A stretch of 64,000 nt of DNA from Paramecium tetraurelia (lineage: Eukaryota): positions 186,001-250,000 of the forward strand of contig CT867991.1 in the NCBI GenBank assembly GCA_000165425.1, given 5' to 3'. This document shows, in pieces, positions 14,145 through 29,509 of the stretch. The position numbers and the translations under genes were made by a program. Position 1 is the first letter of the stretch; each line of letters starts with the position of its first letter. The notes beneath the pieces are model-generated. The model saw only the letters and a list, made by a program, of their open reading frames with translations. It was not told the DNA's origin and did no database searches.

Positions 14145-15572
14145 TCATATCTTGCGAATCTCAAATAGCTAAACTTTACTGTTTTGTTTATATTGGAGGA
14201 GAGGATCAACATTTTAAGGATCTTTAATATGGAATGGTAATTCTGAGTAATATGTAATGGCCATTTTATATTCTCTACATAAATCTTGAACCTTTTCTTT
14301 CTCTTGCAATTCCAACAATTAAGAAAGATCACTATAAATTAAAATCAATCTTCCTTTAGTAGAATCCAATGATTCAATTTACAAGTATCTGTTAGCAAAC
14401 TCAAAGATTGACTTCAACATTATCCCTTCTGGATCTGTGACTGTATTTTCTATTAAATCGTCAACACGTAATTTAGATGCTTAGATCCACGGTGGATTAG
14501 CAATAATCAGATTAAATTTGGCAGGGTATCTAGAAATTGATGATGATTACTTACTTGAAAACAGTCAACTAATACTATAAGGTTTCAATGTCTGTGATAT
14601 CTCCTTGTTCTGCAGTATAATTCTTATATTCCAAACATTATGCATTGATTTTTGCAGATTTAACTGCATTCTCAACGTTGTCTAATGAATAGATATTGAT
14701 TTCTTTGTCTTTAAAGCTTCTCAATAGGATATCATTTGCTATGAATCCAAGCACTCCAGTTCCACAACCCAAATCAATCACATTGTAGAGGGAAGAATGA
14801 GTCCTATAAGAAATGGTTATCAATATTACACATCATGTATTTTAACTAATTTCTGCATATAGGAATGGAACAAGACCTAATATTGTCTTTGAGTGGGAGG
14901 GAAAACACCATATAATGCATAGATTTTTTTATAGTTCAAAAATTCTATTGCCACTCCTTCTTTTTCGTAATTATAAGCAGTTACAATCCCCTGATAAGCA
15001 CTAAAAGGTAATAAGTAATTGTATTTGCGATATCCCAATTGACTGATGTTATTTGGTTGTTCTTCCAAGTGATATTTCAAATCTCCACATTCAGGTAATG
15101 TGCCTTGTATTCTTACTTCTCCATTGTAGCTCACAATGAGACACATCCTTGAAAGCATAAGTTTTTATTGATTCTGAATATGCCTATAGAGATTAAATAT
15201 GTCTTTGGGGCCTTTGCATTTTGAGAATGGATTGCGAGGTCTTTTGGGTGTTCCAAAAAATTACAAATCGATTTACTTTTTGGTTGCTTAGTAAATCTCG
15301 ATTGCATTCCTTAAATGCATCTTATCGCAATCGAATATAATCAACGAATTCATATCCTTTTTAAAAAGACTCTTAATGAAGTTGGATCCAACTCCGTCCT
15401 CCAAGAAATATGCATTGGCGATGATTTCTAATTGTTTTTATTTTAGGTATGGATTCCTTGTCATTTTTAGTAACCCATAGTTTGTATCAAATAGTCCATC
15501 TTGATAGTGAATGTTGACTGGCTCTATTTTAATTAAGGAACAAAAATATAGCCTTGAGAATCTATTAATCAT
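14145..15572 (-). CDS. Class I SAM-dependent methyltransferase (MTS/HemK-like, NPPW motif)
   Basis: VIDLGCGTGVLG motif I, IIANPPW motif IV, YGVFPP upstream; basic, acid-free N-terminus MINRFSRLYF. Confidence 0.88.
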
Positions 15573-15953
15573 AAATAAATTATTTAATATACCACTACTT
15601 ACAACAAGTGAAACTAAAACTAAGATATAAAAACTCTTTTGCAGAGAAGTATGCTCTTATAAACTGAAACAAATTAACATGTTTGATTTCGAATGCAAAA
15701 TTAAATTATCATAAATAATTTTGTACAAAAAAATATTTGTTACGCATTATTGAGTTTAAAACATCATCCCATTATATTTTATATTTCAAACCCTCCCTAA
15801 TTCAAGAATAAATATATTAGCCTATTAGTGTGTCTTGGGAAGAAACTTAAGGAATATTACTTTGCATTTTCAAACTTTAAACTCAGATATTTTGATTAAA
15901 ATTTGGATAAATATTTTTATTATATCAATAATCACTTAGGAAACTTAGTTTAA

Positions 15954-16265
15954 ATGAATATTTAAGCGTATCCAATAGCAATCACAAGTCAAAAAGTCTT
16001 GAAGACTAAAGGAGACAGTTCAGAAAATGTGATACCCGATTCTGATCAGGAAGATAACTTGTAGAGTCCCTTTTTAAAAGAAACTCCAACCTCTTCATCC
16101 AAACCTCTCAAACATATACGGTTTAGCGGAACCAATCAATTATGCTATTTTCCCAAAAATGGCAAAAAAGATCTCTCACCATCACCAACCAGAAAAAGCC
16201 ATCAATCTATTCAATCAATACTCAAAAACAAAGAGAAAGTATTTTTCTTCACCCAAGAAAAATGA
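15954..16265 (+). CDS. Small hypothetical protein (about 103 aa)
   Basis: Uninterrupted code-6 ORF MNIQAYPIAITSQKVLK...KHIRFSG...QSILKNK...QEK-TGA with coding-like composition. Confidence 0.6.
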
Positions 16266-16450
16266 TTTATAGTTATGTAAAAACTGATTTTCATTATTTG
16301 ACTAAACTTGACTTCTACATTGAAATTTAGGTTAAATATAAAAAATCAATAAATTAGGGAAATATTTAGAATTGGCATTTTAATAATTATTATAAATTAT
16401 ATTAAAAAAATGCAGAAATAATAAAATAAAAGACTTAGTTGAATATTGTG

Positions 16451-18231
16451 TCATCCTTACATAGATTTTTTGACAAGTTTCCTATTGTTTGGAATGGAGG
16501 ATTAATCTGACCTGATCAAGTTGTCATCTTCTTCAGACTAGTTTAATAAATAATGAGTATTACCATTTAAGAATTCTTTAACTATAAAAATATTGAGGAT
16601 GTTTAAAGCTCTTAACGAAAAGCATTCTAATAATTAAGGACTATTATTACTTATTTCATTACCAAAAGACAAGTGCCCAATTAAACAGGAGTTAAACACT
16701 CTTTTAGTTGTTCCCACATTTAATCCACTTTATTGGCTTCGCCCTGTATTATTTTTAGCTGAACTTTAATGTTCTATATAGAGCTAGAATGACTAGAATA
16801 ATAAATTTACTCAGATATTGTATTTCTGACACTTTACAATTTAGATTTCATTCTCTTTACTTTAACAATCTGTTCTGGCTTGATTTCTGTCTTCTTAAAT
16901 ACATCCTTCATCCAGTCAGTATAATCACTAATATAAGATCTTTAGTACTCAGGTTGTTGAGCAAAGAAATCTTTGTCTTGTTCTAATGCATAAATAAGGT
17001 ATTTGGTTTGTATTGGCAAACACACTTCAACCATGGAGTCAAAGTATTGTCTTGCAGCATCATTTCGTTCTTAACTGTTTGAATTTGTTCTATATCTCAA
17101 GGCATCTAGGACCATTGCTATTTCAAAATTATCCTTATTTTTGAGTAAACAAGTTTCTAATTTATCAAATAATTATTATTATTAATCTAAAAAAGTTTGA
17201 AACTAGATTTTGCACATTAATATACTTTCTCTTAAAATTTGTTGCAAATTTCAGTGTATTTAGTTTGATTTCGATTTGATTCTTTAACTTTGTCCAACTC
17301 ATCCTAAAGCTCTTTCACTTTGGTTTCCAATAATTCATAATAAATTTTCTTTCTTGCCCTTGAATTTTTTGCAGATTCTCTGTTCTTGGCCAACTTTTAC
17401 TGTACAGGGTCCATGTTACCATCAGGACTCAATTGACTTGACTATAATTCATTGGAGGAAACATCGAAATGATCCCTTGAAATTATGGGTGATTTCCTCT
17501 AAAGTTTTTGTTGACTCTTCCTATATGTATAATTTTCGTATTTTACGATAATCTGGGGGATGATTTAGTAGCGAAATCAACTTTTTTTTAGGTCTATTCA
17601 ACCAATTGAGTAATCTTATTTGTATATATGCTCTTGGCTTGATTCACATTAAACAAATTCTTATTCTCCTAGATAATGTTGGAGTTTAAAAGTAGTTTAA
17701 CTTCGGGTTTAAACTTTGAACTTATCTACTCGCCTGATTCTAAACAAATTTAGATTTGCAATCTACCTATTTTCAAGTCGAATTCATGAGATGATTATTA
17801 GCTGCTTTTCATTCCACTATCCAATGATGGTGCCTTGTGTTCTTTTGAATCCTCTTAAATTTTAGGTTGTATATTCAATCTGTCAATCCCAATCTCTTCG
17901 AATTACATCTCGAAATCACCGCTGCTCCTAAAAAATACTCCCTTTTATATTTAAGGTTCCTGATATTCGTAGATTTAAATTGGAGCAGCCACATCTTCTA
18001 AACCAACAGAAGATCGGTATTACTCATTTTAAACTATAAACCCAGAATTCTATGCAAAACTTCCCCCTCCATTTCCACCAAAACTTTGATTGTCCTAATG
18101 CAATTTGCCAAAACTTGCTCCTAAACTAATGGGTATAATCATCAACTTCATTACTTGTCATTAAAACTACCGAATCCACTTTAATTTTGCTGAGAAATTT
18201 CACTTCTATTTTAGACAAAGAAATCGCTCAT
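16451..18231 (-). CDS. bZIP transcription factor
   Basis: Basic region plus zipper QKLAKNRESAKNSRARRKIYYELLETKVKELQDELDKVK (about 17290-17400). Confidence 0.9.
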
Positions 18232-18524
18232 TTCAATTATAAATATTTATTAATTAAAGAATTCTAACAAAATTCAACCAACTTAGCATATTAATACTAT
18301 TTGGATCAAGCAAGATCTTTTGCAACTACATCTTGTTATTGAAAACCTTACTCTTAAGAAATACCAAATACTAAATACCTAAAATATGGTCATCTCTATA
18401 TAAATGAAACTCAAAACTTACTCTTTTTAATGTTTTCTTGACATCATACTAGAATTTGTAAGGGATAATCAAATGGAAGTCCTTCTAAATTATGCTTATA
18501 ATATGAAATATATATTATCATTAT

Positions 18525-18903
18525 TCATGAAAAAAAAGTAGTTGTTACTTCAACCTCCTTATTGTTTGAAGTCTTGATACTTTCTGTTTTTTAGGTTTTG
18601 CTCAAAGAATTGTTAAAGTCAATTAGATTTTGTAATCTCTCTATTTGTTTCTTCTTTTCCTAAGAATACATTTTTCATTATAACTTCTCTAATTTATGCT
18701 TTCTACTCCTGATTGAATTTCTTATGCTTCTCATTTCTCAATTTGATGTATTCCTCTTTTCGTTTTTATTTAGCCCCAAACATCCCAGTCAAATACTCCT
18801 TTCTCTCCTTTTCATCAAAAACAGCTGCCATCTTTGTCCTGCTAATCTATTTGAATTAGTTTTTCTTTGTTGAAAAATTTCTTTTGTTGTTTTTCTTCCC
18901 CAT
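18525..18903 (-). CDS. NOL12: Nucleolar protein 12 / Rrp17 (Nop25) family
   Basis: FDEKERKEYLTGMFGAKQKRK matches the family motif FDExxRxEYLTGFHKRK; K-rich; one 25-nt intron. Confidence 0.75.
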
Positions 18904-18931
18904 ATTAAAAAAATAAATTATATAATAATTG

Positions 18932-20999
<2,068 letters not shown>

Positions 21000-21862
21000 A
21001 CTTGTTTCACTTTTTTAATGATTATTAAAGTAATTTAATTCAAGAGTAAAATTAATTGAATAATAGATTTAATTAATTATGCGATCGTATCTACACTTTA
21101 ATTCCTAGGAAATCAAAAAATAAATCAAACTCTCCATTAACAATAATATAATTAATCAATAATCTTATCCAGATAATCTCGTGTGTAAAGAAGTGAGCAA
21201 TTCCCTTATTTTTATATGCAATTATTAATTCAAGTCTAATTACAATTTGTTAATTAAGTTTTCAATGTGATTTTCACATTCTACATTTATTTATAAATTC
21301 ATTATTCCTTTTCTTAATTAATTTTAGCTCTTCAATTAAATAGTTTTAGTTTTAAATGAAATGACAAATCTGAATATTGAAGAAATCAATATATATCATA
21401 TACATTTCTTAATCCAATTTGTGTATATCTTTTAATATAATTTCATGAATCAAATATCAAAAAGAGAATTTACTTTAGAGAATCTTTTAATTAAAACAAA
21501 TAGATCATCGTATCCTAATAGATTATTATTAAAACAAATGATAATTGTTTCATCATTTCTACATTATGGATTTAGAAATGAAATTAAAAACTAATTCATT
21601 TTTTTTAATTATTTGATCAGGAATTTAAATGCAATTTAACACCATAATTTGAAGTAGAGAGTTAGAATTGATGCATGGCTGATTATTTGTTATAAATATT
21701 TATTGATATGGGTAAAAAATTTATATATATGATTTAATGGTAGTTTAGAATATTCTTTTTGAAATTTCATTTTTGAATTGTTCTAGATCATTCAAGAAAA
21801 ATCTAGATCTTTTAATCTGGTTGATTAAGAACACAATAGGAAATTCAATTAGAATTAATTTA

Positions 21863-22968
21863 ATGTTCCCATTTGTTAGTAATATATTTAGATCAGACCT
21901 CCCACTTTTCATTTTTGATGATATCTTTGTTCCAGGACCAGGGATCAGAGTGGGAGTACCAAGACCACCTTACACAAATCAATAGTTTAGAGATCAAGTT
22001 CCCAAGGTACATATAAGTGAATCATAAGTAGCCACCCAATTTGTAGAAAATGCAAAGTGTGAAAAAATCACTCGCCGATTACTCAGAGACATAGGGACAA
22101 TATTGGTGCATATTGGGGGACATGTCATTTGAAAAGGGAGATTATACGAAGGCAATTTAATATTATGACAGAGCCATTGAATTGACAGATGGCACAGAAA
22201 GTTCTTTTTTCAGATCAAGAGGTTTGGCCTATAAAAAGTTGGGGAATTTAGAACAGGTAAAAGCATTAATGTATATATCCATAGGCGTATAAAGACGCAA
22301 TTATGGCAATTGAGTTGGATGATAAAAATATCAAGGCTCATTTATTGTGTGGATAAGTATTGGCAGAAAGAGGGAAGTCGCAGGATAACACTCATGATAT
22401 CGAGACAGCTATTAATAGATTGACAAAGGCCAGAACTTTATGTGCAGGATAGAAGAAACAATATTATGAGGATGAATTGAGTAAGTACATCTACAGAGCA
22501 AAAAAGTTACTTTGGTACAAGAACAAAGAGTTGGAGAATCAGAAAAAGAGATAAGCGATTGATAATTATACAAAGTATTTAAAATAAAGAGAAGACATGA
22601 ATGAGGAGGAAAGATAGAAGGAAATTCATGCATTTATTAATTCTATTGGAAATCCGGATTAAAAATAGAATTACGATATTCCAAGTTATTTGATATGCAA
22701 AATCACATTTGTAAATATAGTTTTTCTATTGAAATAGGAAATTATGGAGAACCCAGTAGTTACAGATGCAGGTTAAACATATGAGAGAGATATGTTAATT
22801 GAAGCAATCTAGAAAAATGGCCCAGTTGATCCTTGTACAAGGTAACCTATAAGTGGAGAGTTTTATCCAAACCATAATATCAAACAAGCAACGTAGGATT
22901 TCCTACTTAACAACCCATGGGCTTTTGAGTTTTAATCTGGGGAAAACTATGCAGATATAGAATTTTGA
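21863..22968 (+). CDS. STUB1: CHIP/STUB1-like TPR + U-box E3 ubiquitin ligase
   Basis: TPRs (GDYTKAIQYYDRAIEL) and U-box IPSYLICKITFEIMENPVVTDAGQTYER...DPCTRQP...NPWAFEF; start codon uncertain. Confidence 0.88.
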
Positions 22969-23013
22969 TTATAATTTATTATCCATTATAATCCTTTTTT
23001 AATATCTTATTTT

Positions 23014-23928
23014 ATGAGGGTATCTATATTGATATTGGCACTTTTGACAGTTGGGACCATGGTAAAAAATAATGTATTATTAGCTGAATTAAAATAAGAA
23101 GCATTTGAAGAATAATCATTTTTCGGATAACAATGATACTTCTTGAGCAAAAAGGAAATTGAGGACGTTGTTAATAGATAAAAGGGTTAAGTCTAAATTG
23201 ACGCTACATTTTCCAAGTTTCAAGCCAGAATTGAGAAGGAGAATAAAGTATTAAATAGACAAAATGAAATCTAAGATGATCTATAATATTTAATAGTTAA
23301 TTTCTATAGCATTTTTTAAATTAATTGACTACTTTATATGGGCGATTGATTCAGACTAGATTGAAAGAAATAAATATACATATTGGCAAAAGAGGATTTG
23401 AAATATAATTGGGAATGGATTGATGAGGGCAGAAAGTGATTGGATAAGGAATTGGAATTGCTTAATTAGCTAATTAAACATTTTTAAGTGGCAATTTTTA
23501 TGCGGACACAAATGGTAATGATGGTGATAGTGAAAATGTTGATAATGGATAATCTGCATAAGTGAAGTAGATTTGATTTAAAGTTAGGGACAAATTGGAA
23601 ATGATAGGAATAGAGTAATTGATTGATTATACACCAATAAAAGAAGTATTTCATGCATATGGGCATCCTCAGAAGAAGAGGGAAACAATGCAAATCAAGA
23701 GGGAGATCATTAAGATACAAATAATAGAGAAGATGCACAATTAATCAAGTTTTACTATTGTAATGTTATAGCAGTTATTGTCAATATTATGAATAAAGTT
23801 TTTGGAAGTGACCATAAGATTATAAGCCAACTGAAGAAAAGGATGTGGATTGGGATTCCTTGTTGTAAAGGAATTAAGTACAGACTCAAGAGAGTCATAA
23901 TAAATTAAAGATTAGTACTCGAAAATGA
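23014..23928 (+). pseudogene. Disrupted gene for a secreted acidic coiled-coil protein
   Basis: Signal peptide MRVSILILALLTVGTM, then TGA in all three frames (23134, 23144, 23160) with no GT donor to skip them; further in-frame TGA at 23437 within coding-like sequence. Confidence 0.6.
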
Positions 23929-23981
23929 TTTATATATGTTGTTCCTTATATAATGGAGAATGGAATGTTCACATTAACAGT

Positions 23982-24053
23982 TCCGGTATAGTCTAGTGGT
24001 TAGGATATCAGGTTCTCACCCTGGGGACCCGGGTTCAATCCCCGGTATCGGAA
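23982..24053 (+). tRNA. tRNA-Glu, anticodon CTC
   Basis: 72-nt cloverleaf: acceptor TCCGGTA/TATCGGA, D loop TAGTGGTTA, anticodon arm TCAGG-TTCTCAC-CCTGG, T arm CCGGG-TTCAATC-CCCGG; oligo-T Pol III terminator follows. Confidence 0.97.
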
Positions 24054-24124
24054 TAATTTTTTATTTTTTATATAATGTTAAAATGAATTAATTTCTTCTT
24101 GAAAGCTTTTGAAAATTTATTTTT

Positions 24125-25336
24125 ATGAATTAAAGTTGGAGATAAAAGTTTGAGAAAGATAAGTAGTATCCGAGACATCCAATGGCTCACAAAAATGGTA
24201 ATGCACAATTTCTATATTGAAAAGGTGGTGTTCATATGAATTAGGAGGATGATACAAAGCTATTTTAGATAGCAGGAGCAATGCTAAAATAAATTGGTAC
24301 AAAAATAGCTAAGGGAGATTTCAATTTAGCTACTATTCCAAAACCCATCTGTTTAACGGCTCCCAAAACAGCTAATGAGTGCTTGACATTGTATATTTTT
24401 AATAGCAATAAGTGATCACGACTATGCCAACATTTATCTGACAGAGGCAGCAAAGTGCAAGGATCCCCTCTAAAGAATGCAATTGGTAGTGGCAAATGAA
24501 ATTGCCTATCTACATGGGACACACACTTATTTGAGGTCACTGGCACCCATCGATCCTATGGTTGGAGAAACATGCCAAAAAGTGAAGGAGGATGGCACTG
24601 CATTTTATTGCGAATTCATCAAGGCTGACCCTCCAACAACATTATATCAAATCTATGGGGATGGGTGGTAAATCTATGGCTCGGAGGAAGTGTTAGCTGA
24701 AATTCATCCAACCATTACTTAGATTATTGGTAAAAATCTTAAACCCAAATACATAAAATTTGCAGATGGAAAAGTGTATGAAATAAAAGTGCCTGTTATG
24801 ATTATCAATGGGTTAATGAAGGGAGATCGAATTTTAAATAAATTAGATAGTTTCACAATAAAGTGTGTGTAAGACAAATTGGTTGCTCAAATCAATTTCA
24901 GTTATGTGTATGAAGGGAGTGCTTAGAAGATCAAAAACAAACTGATGTTTTGGTCTCAGTAATAGAAACCACTCTCTGATTTGGTGGATGTTAAAATAAA
25001 TAAATTAATTAATGTAATAATAATATTATTAAAAAGACTGATGAGGATGATGAAGATCAAGTGTTCACCTTATCAAAAGGCTCAGGGTCATGGTTGTCTC
25101 ATTTTGAAATGGATGGCGAAGTAGTGTGGAGAATAGATGATCCTATCTAACCATGGAAGGAACCAGCCTATATACTACCAAGTGATTCGATTTTTAGAGA
25201 GGACAAGGCACTGATGTTGAAGGGAGATGACGATGCGGCTCAAATGTATTTGTGATGTGTCAATAGTTACAGTACTCGTAATAAGATTGAGGAGCTTGGA
25301 TTAAAAGATTAGAATTTAAGAAAAAAGAGGAAATGA
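24125..25336 (+). CDS. Oxysterol-binding protein (short ORD-only OSBP-related protein)
   Basis: FNLATIPKPI, APIDPMVGET, FYCEFIKADPP, GSWLSHFEMDG, LPSDSIFRED motifs. Confidence 0.88.
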
Positions 25337-26619
25337 AATATATTTGATAAAATGTAAAGTAAGATCAATTCTATTATTCTTTCACTTTTTTCTCTTCTCA
25401 TCACTTTTTCTATTCTAAATAAGCGGTGACGATTTCAGATACAAATTATAACTTCTGTTAAATTATTTTGATTTGAAGACATCAACAAAGTATTGATGCT
25501 TTAAATGTAATATAGAAATATATAAATCGAATTTTCTAGTAATAACATAGAAACAATTATCCTCATTTTAATTCATAGTTAAGCTATTCTGATAAAAATT
25601 TATTGTATCATAGTATTATCAATATTGCAATAAACTTGAAGAGACAAAAATTCATAGATTTTGTAAGTTCTTAGAGAATGCAATACATAATATATCACAC
25701 GGTAGGTGTATCATTTAAGCTTTATCCAATATTTTCAACTTGAAATCAGAAAATAAGTGCTAAATTTTAGAAAAGCCCTGCAATTAAATTGTAATTCATC
25801 ATTTAAAAAGTATGCGAGAAGTCGCACTGTTAAGCTAAAAATCTTTAAAAATTATTTGATAATGATCGGTTACATCTAATGATATTTCTTCATCTAAATT
25901 GCCCTATTCTTAAGGCATATTTTTGCATCAATCGTAAACTTAAAATCCTAATTCTGATAGTATTAATTTCCCCCATTCTTATGGTAAAAATTTGATCGAA
26001 ATTCCACGATCCAAATTCTACTTATGGATTTCTAAGAAATATTTTTATCGAAATTGTGTCAAAAAATTTGATTTAAGTAATCAAACTTCATCATTTATAC
26101 GATTTCAAATGGACTATCCTTATTAATTGATTTAGTTTCTTATTTAAACTTTTGTAAAGTAGCCCATAAATATTTGTTTCAAAATTTTACAGTATATTCA
26201 GTCTGAAAGATCACCAGTTCTTAATAGATTTATAGTCATATGATAATTTAAAATTCAATATTAAAACTGAAAGTTCTAATTTCGATATTGTTTTACCAAT
26301 TTCTTAAAACTCATAATATAATTTAAAGGTCTTTAAAAAAGAAAATTTAGAGAAATTTCTAAAATCGCAAATGATAAGGAGCATTATTAAAAGGTGAAAT
26401 TTCAAACGTTTATTCAAAAATTGAAACATGTGTCAACTTTTATTTTATGAACTACATATTGATGTTGATAACTGTAATATTTATTACTGATTTGATTCAT
26501 GTTAGAGAACTTTGATCATTCAATCAGAAATAGAATTTTTGGAGATTGAAAAAGAATGAAATTCAAAGATTTACAATTGAAAAATATTGAATATTTAATT
26601 TATCTTATGAATGATTCAA

Positions 26620-27959
26620 TCATTGTATCAATTCAACTTTGTAGAGAAGTTTTTAGAATAGGCCAGAAGATTTGATTATTTAGGTTGCTGTAAATGAAGC
26701 TGAAGTTTTGGTAATTTTAAGATATTATTAAGAATTTGTAGTTAACAAATACTTTGCTGATAGCCTTACAGTATTAGTTTTCCCTACTTTACATTAGATA
26801 TTAGAAGAAGTGTACTATTATTGAATGTCTCGAATACAAAATATTTGCATCTTCAATTATTAATTTTCTTAGCATTTCCAATAATAATTAATTTTTATAG
26901 ATTAGATGCCTTCAGGGATTTTAATTTCTTCTTCTACATCTTGACTTTAATTATAGTTCATTTCTTAAATTTCTACATGATTCTCTATTTCATTTTTTGT
27001 ATCAAAATAATTAGTTTGTGTCATGCCTTAAAATATTGCGAGATCAAAATATGCATAATTAATACAAAAATAATTGTATTAAATTGATAAAATTATTGTT
27101 GCATGCCCTTAAATATTAATTTATTAATTACATGGGTAAAATCCAAGATCTATTTAGGAGGTATATGAAACTCTTCCAGATAACCTTATGTTAAAATCAG
27201 TTCCATCATGATAAAACCCAAGAAGATTCGGATGACACATTGTTGTTTCCCATCCTGATGGAAAATTCACAGTTTGGCTTGAACCATAAGGTAGGGTACT
27301 TGTGATTGTTGGTCCGACTAAAATAAGATCAGAGGAGGCCAATAATATTTAATAACCAAATTATTTAAGATTGGTGTAGAGACTTATCGTCACAGTATCA
27401 TCTGTTAATGATAAGCCCTATATTGTCATAATTTGCATACCGTTAAATTATTAAATTAAGGTCCTTCAGCATAATAACTAACAAAATTAGCTATGGCCAC
27501 ATTTATCTTCAAATTTTTAATATATGAATGAGTATATTACCAAAGTGGATTAGTGATATTTAAATGGTTTATAACTTAAACACTGTCATCATTAAATGCA
27601 AACCAATTTAAATTGATTCCAAAATATAACCAAGGACTCTCACAAACTGTCTTCATTGTGAAACCTAAATCTAAGTTTTTCATATTACCAAGTGTGGTGA
27701 TGCTTGTTATATCTAATGAATATCCTTGAGGAAACTATAGCGCCATATCCATCAAAGCGATATTTAAGTACACATCTGGTATTGAGGAGAATTCTTATGC
27801 AAATGGAACAAAAAATTCTTCTGACCTAAATTTCATTGAAGAAGTAAATAAAATTAAAGACAGATTGTATGCATAATTGAACTGAGTGAAGAATCCTGAC
27901 TCAAATTAATGACCAGCGTTTACAGAAAATATTTATAAGGCTAAATGAAGTATTAGCAT
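26620..27959 (-). CDS. Secreted H-type lectin domain protein
   Basis: Signal peptide MLILHLALQIFSVNAG; VPFAQEFSSIPDVYLNIALMDM...ITSITTLGFTMK...NWFA fits H-lectin pattern; TGA at 26620-26622. Confidence 0.75.
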
Positions 27960-29509
27960 AATAATTATTAATAAATTAGATACATTTATTTGAATTAAAT
28001 ATTTCTAACCTAAGTGTGGGTAAATAGATTAGAGGTTTTAATAATAATTTCAAGATTTATAGGGGACAAATTATATATAAATGTAGACTATCTACTTTAA
28101 TTTAGGATAATTTCATATAACACCGTTTCATTGTTTTCCAAAACTATTTATATAAATTATATTAAAGTTATTCGGTGATTTTTATTTTAATCTTCAAATA
28201 AGGAATTTGAATTATTAGCAAATAATCTACTAAATTACAGATGGTAGATTAAAGATTAATTGGTACTAATTAACTAATCAATATAAATTGGTATATAAAT
28301 ATGCTGTTGTGACTTTATGCTATTTCTATATAAACTCAGATCTAGTTATACCTTATTAAATTCATGAATAAGTACTAAAAATACTTTTGATCAATGATCA
28401 CAGTCGTATTCATTAAAACATCGTATAAGCATAAATGAATTTGGATTAAGAAAATTATAAACTCCTTCATTAAATACCTTCAAATCAATTTTTTATTAAA
28501 GCCAAATAAATTAAGTTTAATAGTTGAATTCAGGGTCTATTCAAATTTTAATTTAGATTTCGCTTTATCCCTAATCGGACTTAAAATTAAATTCAACTCT
28601 CAAGTAACCTTATTTAAATTCGATATTTTGGAACAACCAAAAAATTACAATGAAGTTTTAAAGAATGATACTCATAATTTCTAAATTATATGCAGTATAT
28701 CATGTCAGTTAAAAAAGATCATAAATTTCTAATTTATTTAGCTTTCTGCACATATGCTTTTTTATTTCTATTTTTAAGATTATTCCATCTAAGTCTCATT
28801 ATTTCACAATTTAATTATTAATTAATTTTATATTTATTTATTTTATTATCATTTTGTAAATTAAACTACTCCATAAATGAAAAGTCTAGAATAATAATAA
28901 AAAAAACACAATAAGTATACTTTTTCCTATCGATTAAATAGCATCCAATTTATTTTTAAATTATAAAAATAAATATCAGTCTGATGTTAATTTAGTTGTA
29001 TTAATCATAGATATTGCATTAATAAATTATCTCGCTTTAAAGAATAAACTCTTTTATAATCAGTATATTCAATTATATTAATTAAATGAGGATATGATGT
29101 GAATTAATTCAATTAGAATAGAAATGAAATATCTGCACATCAACAAAACTTATGTTTTCATTAATTCAAGGACCTGGTTAAATAATTCATAGGGATCTTC
29201 AAGATTCTGATGCTTTGAATCTAATAATAAATTATTTATTAATAGATTAGTCTTGGCCTGGATAGCCTTCATTTTTTAAGTGTCCAACAAGATGGAATAA
29301 AAGATGTTTATTTTATCATTTCTTTAGTTTCTTTTGAAGGCGATAAAAGTTAGTATTTCATATAAATTTAATTTGATTTTGATAAATTGATAAGGTTAAA
29401 TCACACGTTCTTTTCAAATTATATTTTATCTATCTCACTCGATTTGGCTGAACTTTCCTAGTTTTGATAAATTTCAAAATTTGTATATATATAAAAATTA
29501 ATCAAAACA

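Noticed and set aside
21445..21732. 95-codon plus-strand ORF upstream of the CHIP-like gene
   Set aside because: Intergenic-like AT-rich composition, no motif, length within chance expectation under code 6.
23982..24053. Possibility that the tRNA is a UAA/UAG-reading Gln tRNA
   Set aside because: The anticodon loop TTCTCAC gives CTC (Glu), not TTA or CTA.
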